IMG/VR virus record: IMGVR_UViG_3300030385_002649
Location: 186,001-250,000 of that record
Strand: one strand, 5' to 3'
DNA length: 64,000 bases
Shown here: positions 37,067-46,504 of the stretch, in pieces
How the letters are laid out: each line of letters begins with the position of its first letter
Position numbering within the stretch: position 1 is the stretch's first letter
Position numbers and translations under genes: made by a program
Notes under the pieces: generated by a model
Told to the model about the DNA's origin: nothing
The model's database searches: none
Seen by the model: only the letters and a program-made list of their open reading frames with translations

Positions 37067-37572
37067 ATTGCCTCTTTGTTTTTATTTAGAGGTAGGTCTT
37101 TCATTTTATGCAATCTGTGGGTCCGCACAATATAAAAGTTTTCATATCCCCCGCTAGCCTCCTCCCACAAATCGGGCGCTTCTTTAGCATAAATCCAGCC
37201 TGCGAATTTAGCTAGAATCCCACCTGAGACTTTGCTTAGTTTACAAAAAATGTAAGGGGTCTCTGGAAAGCGACTAACATCGTCTTCTTTCATCACCAGG
37301 TTTCCGTTATATCGGAATGTGGCGCGGACTTCTAGGCCCTCGACGTCGTTCCCACGCTCTTTCCAAGCGTCTCCCTCATAGTATTTTCCTTCCCACGGAA
37401 GCCCAAAAAATACCGAAACAGCTAATTCACCTAACGCGCCAACTCGATGAGCTTCCATCAAACGGTCAAGCTTTTCTTTAGATCTCCCCGATGAAATGTT
37501 TTCTATTGATCTAGCCTTAGCAACATCTAAGGCTAAGGCCAACATTTCATCATCCAGCAATATTCGATCCAT
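37063..37572 (-). CDS. hypothetical protein (PD-(D/E)xK-like)
   Basis: GALGELAV...DVEGLEVR. Confidence 0.5.
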   Translation of the reverse strand: MDRILLDDEMLALALDVAKARSIENISSGRSKEKLDRLMEAHRVGALGELAVSVFFGLPWEGKYYEGDAWKERGNDVEGLEVRATFRYNGNLVMKEDDVSRFPETPYIFCKLSKVSGGILAKFAGWIYAKEAPDLWEEASGGYENFYIVRTHRLHKMKDLPLNKNKEAI

Positions 37573-37645
<73 letters not shown>

Positions 37646-37647
37646 AA

Positions 37648-37719
37648 TAACGATGGCGGGGCTCGAACCCGCGACCACTTCCGTATGAGAGAAGTGCTCT
37701 TCCTTTGAGCTACATCGTT
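37648..37719 (-). tRNA. tRNA-Met/Ile2(CAT)
   Basis: canonical cloverleaf, loop CTCATAC. Confidence 0.85.
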
Positions 37720-37723
37720 TTAT

Positions 37724-37957
37724 TTAAGCAATATAACGTTCTCTAAACGCTGATAAGAAGACCCTAGTGAAGAAAATAAGATCATCGTTTGGGCCCACGC
37801 TATCACGGCACATGTCATTATAGTTTTCTTCTAATATTTTGGCCATCCAAACGCACCCCTCACATTTGAATTTTTTCAAAACCGGATCCCAGCGTCTGGC
37901 GTTCTTCCCTCTTACGATTTCAGAGTACCAAGACCAGCCACCCTTATTGCGCATCAC
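37724..37957 (-). CDS. small hypothetical protein
   Basis: coupled ORF. Confidence 0.5.
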   Translation of the reverse strand: MMRNKGGWSWYSEIVRGKNARRWDPVLKKFKCEGCVWMAKILEENYNDMCRDSVGPNDDLIFFTRVFLSAFRERYIA

Positions 37958-38351
37958 CCAAAGCTTCCTTCATATGACAAATATCAGCAGAGATCAATTT
38001 CACATCTTCGATGACGGTACCATCAAAACTGTTATTGGTCATAAACAACGGGTGAAGAGTAAGATCATCGTCCTTCTCCAGCATGAGCTTTAGCAGATTT
38101 CCTCTCGGAGTTTCTAAAACCTCGACATCAGCTGAAAGACAACCGTTTTTAAGTTCAAGCTTAGTAATAAGATGAGAGACGTCTTTGAGATCAATTTTTG
38201 AAGGGTTACCGTATCCAAGTCGCCCCATCAACGCTTTGCTCTCAATTTTCTCTTGAGCGCCGTCGACCATTTCCTTCAGAATTTCTTCTGAATAGACGTG
38301 ACCGTTTATTGTTGGGATACCAGCTTCGATTAATTTACATCGCACTTTCAT
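37944..38351 (-). CDS. prohead protease (gp21)-like protein, probably inactive
   Basis: NGHVYS, IDLKDVSHLITKL, VLETPRG; lacks ELDHP and SSRG. Confidence 0.7.
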   Translation of the reverse strand: MKVRCKLIEAGIPTINGHVYSEEILKEMVDGAQEKIESKALMGRLGYGNPSKIDLKDVSHLITKLELKNGCLSADVEVLETPRGNLLKLMLEKDDDLTLHPLFMTNNSFDGTVIEDVKLISADICHMKEALGDAQ

Positions 38352-38959
38352 AGAGAACCTATTCTTTTGCGAAGAAGCTTATCCTTGTTAGACAATTCGC
38401 CCTTGGGGTCTTCAGTCGCAAATTTCTCTTTAAGATACTTTTCTTGTTTAATCATGATCTCTACGACTTCATCAGCAGAGATTGGACGCCAGTCGTGGCA
38501 GTCAGACCCAACATCCATAGCTAGACTGTCTTCGAGGCATTTGCGGCCATACTTTACTGTCAACGTTCCGTGAACGTGCCCGAATAAGTGCCAAGATCCT
38601 TTGTGGGAACCGTTCCAGTTTCTAATTGGATAATGAAATAGAACGATTTTCTTTTTGTAATACTTAACTTCAAGATAATCTTGAACGGTTTCGAAGCCTT
38701 GGCCTTTAACGACTGGATCATGGTTACCACGGATTAGATGGATTCTGCCATTCAACCTTGGGACCCAGTTTCCTGGAACGCTTTTACGTCCCATACAGAA
38801 ATCACCTAAGTGGTAGACGTCATCGCGAGGGCCAACAACGTTATTCCAACGCGCGATTAGCTCTTCGTTCATTTCTTCGACAGAGTTCCATGGTCTGTCA
38901 CAATAAGTAATAATGTTGCGATGCCCAAAGTGGGTATCGCTAGTAAAAAATATAGCCAT
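38348..38959 (-). CDS. calcineurin-like metallophosphoesterase
   Basis: SDTHFGH, HLGD, GNHD, HYP, GHVH. Confidence 0.9.
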   Translation of the reverse strand: MAIFFTSDTHFGHRNIITYCDRPWNSVEEMNEELIARWNNVVGPRDDVYHLGDFCMGRKSVPGNWVPRLNGRIHLIRGNHDPVVKGQGFETVQDYLEVKYYKKKIVLFHYPIRNWNGSHKGSWHLFGHVHGTLTVKYGRKCLEDSLAMDVGSDCHDWRPISADEVVEIMIKQEKYLKEKFATEDPKGELSNKDKLLRKRIGSL

Positions 38960-39012
38960 TTGATTTTCCTAACAGGATTTTTCTTTATCCTGCGTTCTTT
39001 CTTTTTATTAGA

Positions 39013-39085
39013 TCCTAGAACCGGGGGTCGAACCCGACCTTCAACATCCACAATGTTGCGTGCTGCCAATTACACTTTTCTAGGC
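39013..39085 (-). tRNA. tRNA-His(GTG)
   Basis: cloverleaf with G-1. Confidence 0.85.
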
Positions 39086-39087
39086 TA

Positions 39088-39160
39088 TAAGCGCGGAGGG
39101 ACTTGAACCCACAATCGCCTGATTCGTAGTCAGGTGCTCTATCCATTAAGCCACGCGCTC
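39088..39160 (-). tRNA. tRNA-Arg(ACG)
   Basis: canonical cloverleaf. Confidence 0.9.
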
Positions 39161-39172
39161 TTATACCATATT

Positions 39173-39198
39173 GACGGCGGGAGCGCCCCGGCCTGTCA
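39173..39198 (-). promoter_or_regulatory. TGACA-N17-CGTC promoter-like motif
   Basis: exact match, upstream of tRNA-Arg. Confidence 0.65.
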
Positions 39199-39199
39199 T

Positions 39200-39571
39200 T
39201 CAGTCTTTGAGAAGCCAAAGCAAGGAGACTAGATGCGCAGGTTCGATTTCGGCATCGCCAAGATCTTCTAATGAAATTTGTTCAATATCCAAAGAAACTT
39301 CAAACCCTAACAATTCGGCATATTCTGCATTAAATTTAGCGACATCTTCAAAAACATACTGATTTTCTATGATGACTGGTTCGTCGTCTTCCCCTTTTAT
39401 AGCGTGCTTAAGTTGCAAGCTCTTTAAAGCGGTCTTATAATCTGTCAGTTCTTCTTCTACGATCCGCACAATTTTTGCGAGCTTGAAAGATGCTTTGATA
39501 GGCATTTTCAGTCCAATTAAGTTCTTAAATGCTTCAGCAGACCCTACAAGTTGTCTGTTGGTAACTTTCAC
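39200..39571 (-). CDS. DUF1617-like tail-fibre-associated protein
   Basis: LKMPIKASFKLAK...AELLGFEV pattern; follows fibre genes. Confidence 0.55.
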   Translation of the reverse strand: MKVTNRQLVGSAEAFKNLIGLKMPIKASFKLAKIVRIVEEELTDYKTALKSLQLKHAIKGEDDEPVIIENQYVFEDVAKFNAEYAELLGFEVSLDIEQISLEDLGDAEIEPAHLVSLLWLLKD

Positions 39572-39595
39572 CGTAATCTCCGACTTTTCGCCTAT

Positions 39596-40240
39596 TTACT
39601 CAGGAGTAATTGTACCATTCTCATAAACGGCCATCCAGTCGCCCTGCGTATTGCAGACTAGCTTTATACACGAACCAACCGCGCCTAACTCAATATAATT
39701 ATCATCCACCTGCTTACCAGCAGCAACAATGATCGCGTTAGACTCCGACGCGGTTGGTTGAACCCTCAGGATCTGATTATCCACGCGGTAGATCGTGAAA
39801 TTCTGCCCCTCGCTGGGGCCGCTAGGCAGTGTGATCGTTACTGTTCCAGCTGCACCGATGTTCGTCAGGACGGCGCCTGTGTCTTGCACATTAACTGTGC
39901 CGTCTGCGGTGAAATTAGTCGTGTTCAGTCTGAAGTTGTCGATTCGTCGAGTCTGGAAGTTCGTACCGTTTGCCGTGAAATAGGCAATCAAGGTGTTGTT
40001 GTTTTTGATCTCTACTTGCGCGAACGTGACATCCATTCCAATACCGGACCGCTCCCCGGCGTTTGTGCCACTAGCGAATCCATAAAATGCAATATCAGTA
40101 TAAACCAGACAACCGGTATCAACGTCGACGTCTCTAAATGTCACGCCCTGCCCGAGCGCAGGAGTCGACGTTGAGGCGATGATGCCATCGGGTGTCGTAG
40201 GCGAGCCACCGATATCAATTCGCGAAGTTTTAACTGTCAT
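39596..40240 (-). CDS. virion fibre-associated protein
   Basis: TNIGAAGTVTITLP beta-rich domain. Confidence 0.6.
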   Translation of the reverse strand: MTVKTSRIDIGGSPTTPDGIIASTSTPALGQGVTFRDVDVDTGCLVYTDIAFYGFASGTNAGERSGIGMDVTFAQVEIKNNNTLIAYFTANGTNFQTRRIDNFRLNTTNFTADGTVNVQDTGAVLTNIGAAGTVTITLPSGPSEGQNFTIYRVDNQILRVQPTASESNAIIVAAGKQVDDNYIELGAVGSCIKLVCNTQGDWMAVYENGTITPE

Positions 40241-40248
40241 GTGACCTC

Positions 40249-41481
40249 CTAAGTGGTCGGAGCGGTAAGGCTCATATAAGTGACGACGACGCGGATAGCG
40301 CCAGCCGTGAAATTGGATCCATTGGCCGTCAACACGACGTCGCCCGCAGCAGATCCCTGCCAGACCACCGTGTTATCGGTGTAGTCAGCAGGCTGGACGA
40401 GGGTTGCAGCCGTGAGGACAATGGCCGTACCCCAACGGTCAACGTCGGCTCCGTCACCCACGTCGAAGGTCGTAGCTCCAGTGATCGTAGTCGTGACCCT
40501 GGCGCTGACCCCGAGGACGAGGGCTCCTGCGGGGATCAAACTGGTTGCGGTCACCGTTGCGCCTGTGAGGCCCGAGAGGAGCGTCTCAGTGTGCTGGATT
40601 GTGCCGATTGCGGTATTCGTCGAAGTGACGCTTACTGCGCCCTGAACGTCGAGCCCTGCGGCGTTCACGGTCGCCTTGACCACACCAGCGTGCTCCATGA
40701 CAACCGAGCCATCGGCGCCTGATCCAGAAGCGGTACCTGGTTGAAGACAAATATTACCCGCATCTCCCGACGTTGCACCACCGTTGCCAGAGATCAAAAT
40801 GAGTTCTCCCGCAGATCCAGTCGTTCCTGCATTACCGGCAGTGAGTAAGAGTCCTCCTCCGCCCCCTGCGCCTATTCCACTGCCGCAGTCAATGTTGATC
40901 TCGCCGCCATTTCCGCCAGCACCAACGCCGTTAGCCGCGCTGAGATTGATAAAGCCGCCGTCACCTACGACCGGAACTCCGCCAGCAAGATCAACATTCC
41001 CTCCGTTCCCGGAAGTGGCGCCACCTGCACCACCGATAACGTTTACAGCCCCACCTTCGCCGGTCGCACCGCCCGCACCTGCGGTAAGTGCTAGGAGTCC
41101 TCCAGCACCTGAAGTGTTACCAGCGCCGGTGATAATTGATATAGCGGCACCAGCGGAGGTTGCAGTCGTAGCAGCGACACCGGTCAGGTAAAACGTTGTA
41201 GCTTCGAGGCCCGCGAGAATATCGAGGGCGCCGGTAGCGTTGCCAGCAATCAGGACTGAGGCGAGGTCAGAAGCTGCTGCGTCGCCTGGAGACCAAACAG
41301 ACCCTCCCCAAATAAGAACATCCCCAGGAGAAGGAACCTGCGTGCCGTCCGTATCGACGTCAGTGAGATCGTTTATACTCCCAACAGCAGAGCCAGTGGC
41401 TCCGGTCGGGCCGGAAGAACCAGTCGACCCGGTAGGTCCTGTGCCTCCAACCGGGACATAGTTTTCAATGTTCAAAGCCAT
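40249..41481 (-). CDS. collagen/glycine-rich tail fibre-like protein
   Basis: GxT repeats, LTDVD, Gly-rich repeats, C-terminal IPAGALVLGVSARV domain. Confidence 0.75.
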   Translation of the reverse strand: MALNIENYVPVGGTGPTGSTGSSGPTGATGSAVGSINDLTDVDTDGTQVPSPGDVLIWGGSVWSPGDAAASDLASVLIAGNATGALDILAGLEATTFYLTGVAATTATSAGAAISIITGAGNTSGAGGLLALTAGAGGATGEGGAVNVIGGAGGATSGNGGNVDLAGGVPVVGDGGFINLSAANGVGAGGNGGEINIDCGSGIGAGGGGGLLLTAGNAGTTGSAGELILISGNGGATSGDAGNICLQPGTASGSGADGSVVMEHAGVVKATVNAAGLDVQGAVSVTSTNTAIGTIQHTETLLSGLTGATVTATSLIPAGALVLGVSARVTTTITGATTFDVGDGADVDRWGTAIVLTAATLVQPADYTDNTVVWQGSAAGDVVLTANGSNFTAGAIRVVVTYMSLTAPTT

Positions 41482-41539
41482 AGTTTAACCCTACGGCCTA
41501 TCTTTGATGTCTAATTAAAAATTAGTCAAGCTCCTGCTT

Positions 41540-41782
41540 TTATAAAGACCTTAAGAGCACATCTAAACCAATTTCCCTAAAAATCTTCCCAGACACAGTA
41601 GGATGCTTCGGACCATAACTCTTGAAAGTGATTATAGCCTTATCAGGTACATTATTAACCAACCATTTAGCACAAACGCCAAGGTCATCATAACAAGCTA
41701 ATGGTCCATCAACATATATGCTATGCTTAGTGTCGAACGGACAATTATGACGATCCGGATGCGTGATCACAACTTTAGACAT
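41540..41782 (-). CDS. small hypothetical protein
   Basis: 80-aa ORF. Confidence 0.5.
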   Translation of the reverse strand: MSKVVITHPDRHNCPFDTKHSIYVDGPLACYDDLGVCAKWLVNNVPDKAIITFKSYGPKHPTVSGKIFREIGLDVLLRSL

Positions 41783-41945
41783 ATATTTTCTTGCTTAATG
41801 GCATTTTGGCCATTCTATATCCTTAAAAAAATCGTAATTGCAAAATTTGCCGACATAAAAAATGGTTTGCGGTTTATCATCTATCTTAGGCGGGGATGTC
41901 GCACACCCTACCAAGAAAACCGAAAAAATCAAAAGCCACTTCACA

Positions 41946-42018
41946 TAGGCGCGATGGGAATTGAACCCACAACCCCTCGAGTAAGAATCGAGTGCTCTGC
42001 CAATTGAGCTACGCACCT
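41946..42018 (-). tRNA. tRNA-Lys(CTT)
   Basis: canonical cloverleaf. Confidence 0.9.
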
Positions 42019-42032
42019 AAAACAAAAACAAA

Positions 42033-42106
42033 TACTCCTGGCGGGACTCGAACCCACAACCTGCGGCTTAGAAGGCCGACGCTCTATCCAATTGAGCTAC
42101 AAGAGC
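42033..42106 (-). tRNA. tRNA-Arg(TCT)
   Basis: canonical cloverleaf. Confidence 0.9.
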
Positions 42107-42132
42107 AAAATATATTTACCAATCTCCTTGAA

Positions 42133-42205
42133 TGACCCCGATTGGACTTGAACCAATGGCCTGAACTTTAGGAAAGTTCTGCTCTATCCGCTGAGCTACG
42201 GGGCC
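42133..42205 (-). tRNA. tRNA-Arg(CCT)
   Basis: canonical cloverleaf. Confidence 0.9.
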
Positions 42206-42438
42206 GAGTTGTCTTCTTCCAACATTTTGGCTTCGAGCTTCCAAAGCCTCTTGTAAGAATTTAAAATACAAAGGCCGCCGTAAACACCAACTATCGAGAA
42301 CACAATAAAAAATTTCGGGTCCAAATAGTAACCGGCGAAGAACAAACCGGCGAGAACACAATAAAAGAACCATTCATCGAAAAATGTGAAAAGCCTTTGA
42401 ACCAAAATGTATACCAATAGTCCACTTAGCTTTAGCAT
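42196..42438 (-). CDS. small membrane protein
   Basis: hydrophobic segments. Confidence 0.5.
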   Translation of the reverse strand: MLKLSGLLVYILVQRLFTFFDEWFFYCVLAGLFFAGYYLDPKFFIVFSIVGVYGGLCILNSYKRLWKLEAKMLEEDNSAP

Positions 42439-42460
42439 TTTTCATTTACTCACAATACAA

Positions 42461-42534
42461 TAGCTCGAATGGGAGTCGAACCCATAACATTTACGCCCTA
42501 AACGTAACGCCTCTGCCAATTGGGCTATCGAGCC
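42461..42534 (-). tRNA. tRNA-Leu(TAG), short variable arm
   Basis: loop TTTAGGG; class I length. Confidence 0.8.
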
Positions 42535-42610
42535 TTATGGACACATTTATGGCAGTATCCAGTTTTTGACCTCTTATAAATTTTAATTTCGCAAATTTTA
42601 CAAAGTCTTT

Positions 42611-42949
42611 CTATTTAAAAGAAGGTCTCTTCAATTGTCTAGTGGGCCACTCACTAGGAGGAAGTTCTTCATCGGGCTGAAGAGAAGGACCTTGTCCTAA
42701 CTCGCCAGGCATTTGAGCGTGTCCGATAGTCTCGGCCTGTTCGCTCTTCTCAAGCTTAGACGCAAATTGAAGGGTCAGTTGCATTAGATCCTTCAATGCA
42801 ACTTTAAGTTGAATCTTGTCATGCATTGAGTTTCCAAGATTCTCCATTGCATCTTGAAGATCGTGCCACAAAAAAGAAATGTCGTTATCATTGACGTTTA
42901 CGTCTTCTTCAGATAATAAACGTCGCCTTTGTACTGAGGAAAGTTTCAT
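42611..42949 (-). CDS. hypothetical late protein
   Basis: TAAAGATA just upstream; N-terminal RRLLSEE. Confidence 0.6.
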   Translation of the reverse strand: MKLSSVQRRRLLSEEDVNVNDNDISFLWHDLQDAMENLGNSMHDKIQLKVALKDLMQLTLQFASKLEKSEQAETIGHAQMPGELGQGPSLQPDEELPPSEWPTRQLKRPSFK

Positions 42950-42968
42950 GTTCTATCTTTAATCGGAG

Positions 42969-43052
42969 TATCCAGGATGGGAGTCGAACCCACACTTCCA
43001 AAAGGAAAACAGCCCCTCAAGCTGTCGCGTCTACCGATTCCGCCACCTGGAT
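42969..43052 (-). tRNA. tRNA-Leu(GAG)
   Basis: class II cloverleaf. Confidence 0.9.
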
Positions 43053-43055
43053 AAG

Positions 43056-43298
43056 TTATTTTGTTCGTCTTTGTGGCGATGACATTTTCTCTGCTTCACC
43101 ACTAGCCATAAGCTTTGGCGAAAAAATGTCAAGCTTGCCTTTGATAATTTTCAAGTTCCTCAAAAGTCGTTCGCCTCTTCTCGGCTCTATCACTCTATTG
43201 ACCGGAGTGCGAGACATTTGCAAAAGTGACTCGACTTCTTCGATGGTTGTCACCAATAATTCGCGCATTTCGCGTAAGTCTCTGAGAAGATTGATCAT
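43056..43298 (-). CDS. small hypothetical protein
   Basis: 80-aa ORF. Confidence 0.5.
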   Translation of the reverse strand: MINLLRDLREMRELLVTTIEEVESLLQMSRTPVNRVIEPRRGERLLRNLKIIKGKLDIFSPKLMASGEAEKMSSPQRRTK

Positions 43299-43464
43299 GT
43301 TCTATGTTTTCGCAACATTCATGACATGATCTCGTAGAACTCGGAAAGTGTGACAATATTCTTTTGTTGAGTTTGCCTTTTGTAACAATTGGTACGATGA
43401 GTGTTTGATAACATATAACGTCGCAACTTTTTTAGCAATCTCGAAAGAAAACCATTTTCTCATA

Positions 43465-43535
43465 CTGCCCCACGAGGTTTCGATCCCCGGTCTTCTAGTC
43501 CAAAGCCAGACGTAATCCCATTATACTATGGGGCA
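43465..43535 (-). tRNA. tRNA-Gln(TTG)
   Basis: cloverleaf, loop CTTTGGA. Confidence 0.8.
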
Positions 43536-43540
43536 TTATT

Positions 43541-43570
43541 GAAAATAAAGGGCCTTTGCGTAAGACCCTA
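43541..43570 (-). terminator. intrinsic terminator
   Basis: AGGGTCTT-ACGCA-AAGGCCCT followed by TTATTTT. Confidence 0.6.
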
Positions 43571-43636
43571 GATCCCTCCATTTTAGAAGGATCCTTTTGC
43601 TGTACCATAGACGATATTTCACGAATTAGATACAAG

Positions 43637-43720
43637 TGGAAGTGGAGGGATTCGAACCCCCTAAGCCATACGGCGCTAGATTTACAGTCTAGAGTAGCTC
43701 TCCAACTCTACAGCACGTCC
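43637..43720 (-). tRNA. tRNA-Tyr(GTA)
   Basis: class II cloverleaf. Confidence 0.85.
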
Positions 43721-43724
43721 ATAA

Positions 43725-43796
43725 TCGAGAGAAAAACAAGGTGAGTGTGTTGTCAAATTGCATAAATGTGAAGTAACTCATCTTTTCACTTCTCGA
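43725..43796 (-). ncRNA. Y-RNA-like element 1 (minimal, no tRNA module)
   Basis: shared GAAGTGA-N-GAGTTACTTC...ACAC...TTTTCTC stem. Confidence 0.6.
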
Positions 43797-43798
43797 AA

Positions 43799-43871
43799 CC
43801 CCCACGACCGGACTTGAACCGGCAACCTTTCGCGTGACAGGCGAGTGCTCCTCCAATTGAGCTACGTGGGG
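43799..43871 (-). tRNA. tRNA-Asp(GTC)
   Basis: canonical cloverleaf. Confidence 0.9.
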
Positions 43872-43877
43872 TTAATA

Positions 43878-43929
43878 GTGATGCTTTATTCTTTCAGTCC
43901 TACGGAAGCATCGCCCAAACCAAGGACTA
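43878..43929 (-). ncRNA. putative H-type pseudoknot
   Basis: interleaved stems AGTCCT/AGGACT and GATGCTT/AAGCATC. Confidence 0.45.
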
Positions 43930-43935
43930 ATAAGA

Positions 43936-44010
43936 CAGGGGCGACAGGACTCGAACCTGCAAATTCTTCGGCTTTGGAAACCGCTGCCCTACCAATTGAG
44001 CTACACCCCT
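43936..44010 (-). tRNA. tRNA-Trp(CCA)
   Basis: canonical cloverleaf. Confidence 0.9.
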
Positions 44011-44013
44011 AAA

Positions 44014-44156
44014 ATGTGAGAGAAAAACGAGAAAAGGTGTTTTTCTAAAAAAACTCGCCCATGTAGTGGACGAGGTTGGATTCGAACCAACATAAATAGA
44101 TTATTAGTCTAGTGTGTTACCATTTGGAAGTATCTCTTCTCAATCACTTCTCACAT
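44014..44156 (-). ncRNA. Y-RNA-like element 2 (anticodon arm AAT + T arm + closed acceptor hairpin)
   Basis: shared stem; GTTGG-TTCGAAT-CCAAC; CTCGTCCA/TGGGCGAG. Confidence 0.65.
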
Positions 44157-44158
44157 AA

Positions 44159-44230
44159 CGGGCAGAGAGGGATTTGAACCCCCGACTCTTGGTTCTTCAA
44201 ACCAATGTTCTTCCGCTGAACTACCTGCCC
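44159..44230 (-). tRNA. tRNA-Phe(GAA)
   Basis: canonical cloverleaf. Confidence 0.85.
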
Positions 44231-44254
44231 AAATCAAATTGTCAATACACTAAA

Positions 44255-44280
44255 GACGGAGAAACCGGGCATGCCTGTCA
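44255..44280 (-). promoter_or_regulatory. TGACA-N17-CGTC promoter-like motif
   Basis: exact match, upstream of tRNA-Phe. Confidence 0.65.
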
Positions 44281-44287
44281 CTTTCTT

Positions 44288-44599
44288 CTAAGAGCTTTCT
44301 GGCGTCTTCTTCATCAAAGTGCTTCTCATTTTCCCAACTTCATCGACCAAACCGGAAAGGCCGCTCTTTTCAAGCTCTTTCGGCGCAGAAGACCCAGACT
44401 TAGCCGAATTGATAATGACCCAAGCCAACCGGCAATCATCATTTTTCAACTGCGCTCTTCCGAGTCGTTCGCCTTCCTCTTCTAACCAATTCAAAGCTTT
44501 TGACCAGTGAGCGTCAGTGTTTTCTAAGGCTTTCCAAACAAGCATTCTAACTTTTTGAACGTGCTTGGTAATATCATCGTGTAAGACATCTAGTTTCAT
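44288..44599 (-). CDS. hypothetical protein
   Basis: 103-aa ORF. Confidence 0.55.
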   Translation of the reverse strand: MKLDVLHDDITKHVQKVRMLVWKALENTDAHWSKALNWLEEEGERLGRAQLKNDDCRLAWVIINSAKSGSSAPKELEKSGLSGLVDEVGKMRSTLMKKTPESS

Positions 44600-44600
44600 A

Positions 44601-44996
44601 CTATACCTTTACTTCTTTCCTACCATGAGTTAAAACAATCATAGGGCGACCTACAAACGTCTCAGTCCAAGTCTTAGCCCAAGGGCCCCTAATAGTAAAG
44701 CACCAACTATCCCTATGTGCTAAGACCCTGTGATTTTTACTCTTCTTAGTCAGCTTTGGAATTAAAGAACGACGATACCAATGCATCTCGCCAGAAACGT
44801 CTTCTTCTATAATAGCACCAAACAAGAACCAAGTTAAGGCGTTGAAAGCATGGGTGTGAAAAGCTTCTCTTCCGCCCTTATTAAACTTGAGCAACATAAC
44901 GCTACACAGCCATTTAATTTCAAAAAGCACGTATGCGTCAACTGGCGATTCTGGCCCGCCGTCTTTAACCTTACAAAAAAATCTCATTATTCCCAT
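44601..44996 (-). CDS. cupin-like hypothetical phage protein
   Basis: KDGGPESPV, REAFHTHAF, H.V...W.FT.RGPW. Confidence 0.65.
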   Translation of the reverse strand: MGIMRFFCKVKDGGPESPVDAYVLFEIKWLCSVMLLKFNKGGREAFHTHAFNALTWFLFGAIIEEDVSGEMHWYRRSLIPKLTKKSKNHRVLAHRDSWCFTIRGPWAKTWTETFVGRPMIVLTHGRKEVKV

Positions 44997-46504
44997 TCAA
45001 TCGTAGCTGGTGGTTTTGAAGAAATGTCATAACAAACTCTGTTTATGCCACGTACTTCGTTACAAATCTGACTAGAGATCCTACCTAAAAGTTCGTAATC
45101 GAGCTTAGACCAATCGGCGGTCATACCGTCCGTAGCATCAACTGCTCTAACGACGCAAGTATATTCATAAGTCCTACCATCTCCCATCACTCCGACTGAT
45201 TTAGTAGGAAGAAGAACGCAGAAATACTGCCATGGTCTGGTTTCTTTTGGGATGGCGTCGATCTCTTTACGAACAATTTTGTCCGCAGCCCTAAGAATCT
45301 CAAGCTTCTTTTCACTTATAGCGCCTAAAACGCGAATCGACAATCCTGGGCCTGGAAAAGGCTGTCTCTCAACAAGATGATCTGGAAGACCTAATTTCCT
45401 ACCGATTTCTCTAGCTTCATCTTTAAAGAGACTCCTCAAAGGCTCGATCAATTCGAATCCAAGGTCTTCCGGGAGACCGCCAACATTATGGTGACTTTTA
45501 ATTGTTTTGCTCAGCCCATCGTCTGACGAACTCTCGATTACGTCTGGATAAAGCGTTCCTTGTGCCAAAAATTTGGCCCCATCAATCTTCAGAGCCTCTT
45601 CCTTAAAGACGTCAATAAAGGCGGCGCCTATGATCTTTCTTTTTGTTTCGGGGTCTTCTACACCGTCTAATTTGGTGAGGAAGCGGTCTCTTGCGTCAGC
45701 AACAATGAATCGGTCCCCAAAGATGGGTTTGAAAGCCGCAGTCACTTCCTCGACTTCTTCAGCCCGGAGCAAGCCATTGTCGACCATAATGCAGACCAAC
45801 TGATCTCCAACAGCCTCATTAACCATTAAGGCAGTAACTGCAGAATCAACTCCTCCAGAAAGCCCACAGATGACCTTGCTGTCGCCAACTCTTTCTTTAA
45901 TCTTAGCAATCTCTTGCTCGACGAAAGTCCCTTCAAATTTTAACTCCTCACAATCACATATACCAGCAAAATTAGCAAGAATTTGCCTACCGAACTGGGT
46001 GTGAGCCACTTCCGGATGGAACTGAATTCCATAAATGTCTTTTCTCTCATGTTTAATAGCTGCATAATGAGTCGATTCTGTCATGGCGATCATGTCGAAG
46101 CCTACAGGAGGCAATTCAACGCTGTCGCCATGAGACATCCAAACTTGAGAGGTTTCCGTCAGTCCGTTCCATAATGGAACTTTCGAAACCAATTGTAATT
46201 TAGCCTTGCCGTATTCTCTTTTGTCGGATTGGTCGACATAACCGCCAATCGTCTTACACAATACTTGCATTCCATAACAAATGCCGAGGATCGGAGTTCC
46301 AAGATTGAGAATTCCGTAATCAAACTCTGGAGCGTTCTCATCATAAACAGAAGATGGGCTTCCTGACAATACTATACCGTCGTAAGCACGCAGGTCTTCA
46401 ACTTTTATCGCATTAGAAACAATTTCGCATAGAACATTTAGCTCGCCAAATCGTCTCGCGATCAATTTTGTAAATTGTGAACCGTAATCAATAATCGCGA
46501 TCAT
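44987..46504 (-). CDS. guaA: GMP synthase (glutamine-hydrolysing)
   Basis: DYGSQF, GICYGMQ, HPE, SGGVDS, HHNVGG, SKPPATIEWE; GGAGG SD before ATG 46504. Confidence 0.97.
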   Translation of the reverse strand: MIAIIDYGSQFTKLIARRFGELNVLCEIVSNAIKVEDLRAYDGIVLSGSPSSVYDENAPEFDYGILNLGTPILGICYGMQVLCKTIGGYVDQSDKREYGKAKLQLVSKVPLWNGLTETSQVWMSHGDSVELPPVGFDMIAMTESTHYAAIKHERKDIYGIQFHPEVAHTQFGRQILANFAGICDCEELKFEGTFVEQEIAKIKERVGDSKVICGLSGGVDSAVTALMVNEAVGDQLVCIMVDNGLLRAEEVEEVTAAFKPIFGDRFIVADARDRFLTKLDGVEDPETKRKIIGAAFIDVFKEEALKIDGAKFLAQGTLYPDVIESSSDDGLSKTIKSHHNVGGLPEDLGFELIEPLRSLFKDEAREIGRKLGLPDHLVERQPFPGPGLSIRVLGAISEKKLEILRAADKIVRKEIDAIPKETRPWQYFCVLLPTKSVGVMGDGRTYEYTCVVRAVDATDGMTADWSKLDYELLGRISSQICNEVRGINRVCYDISSKPPATIEWE

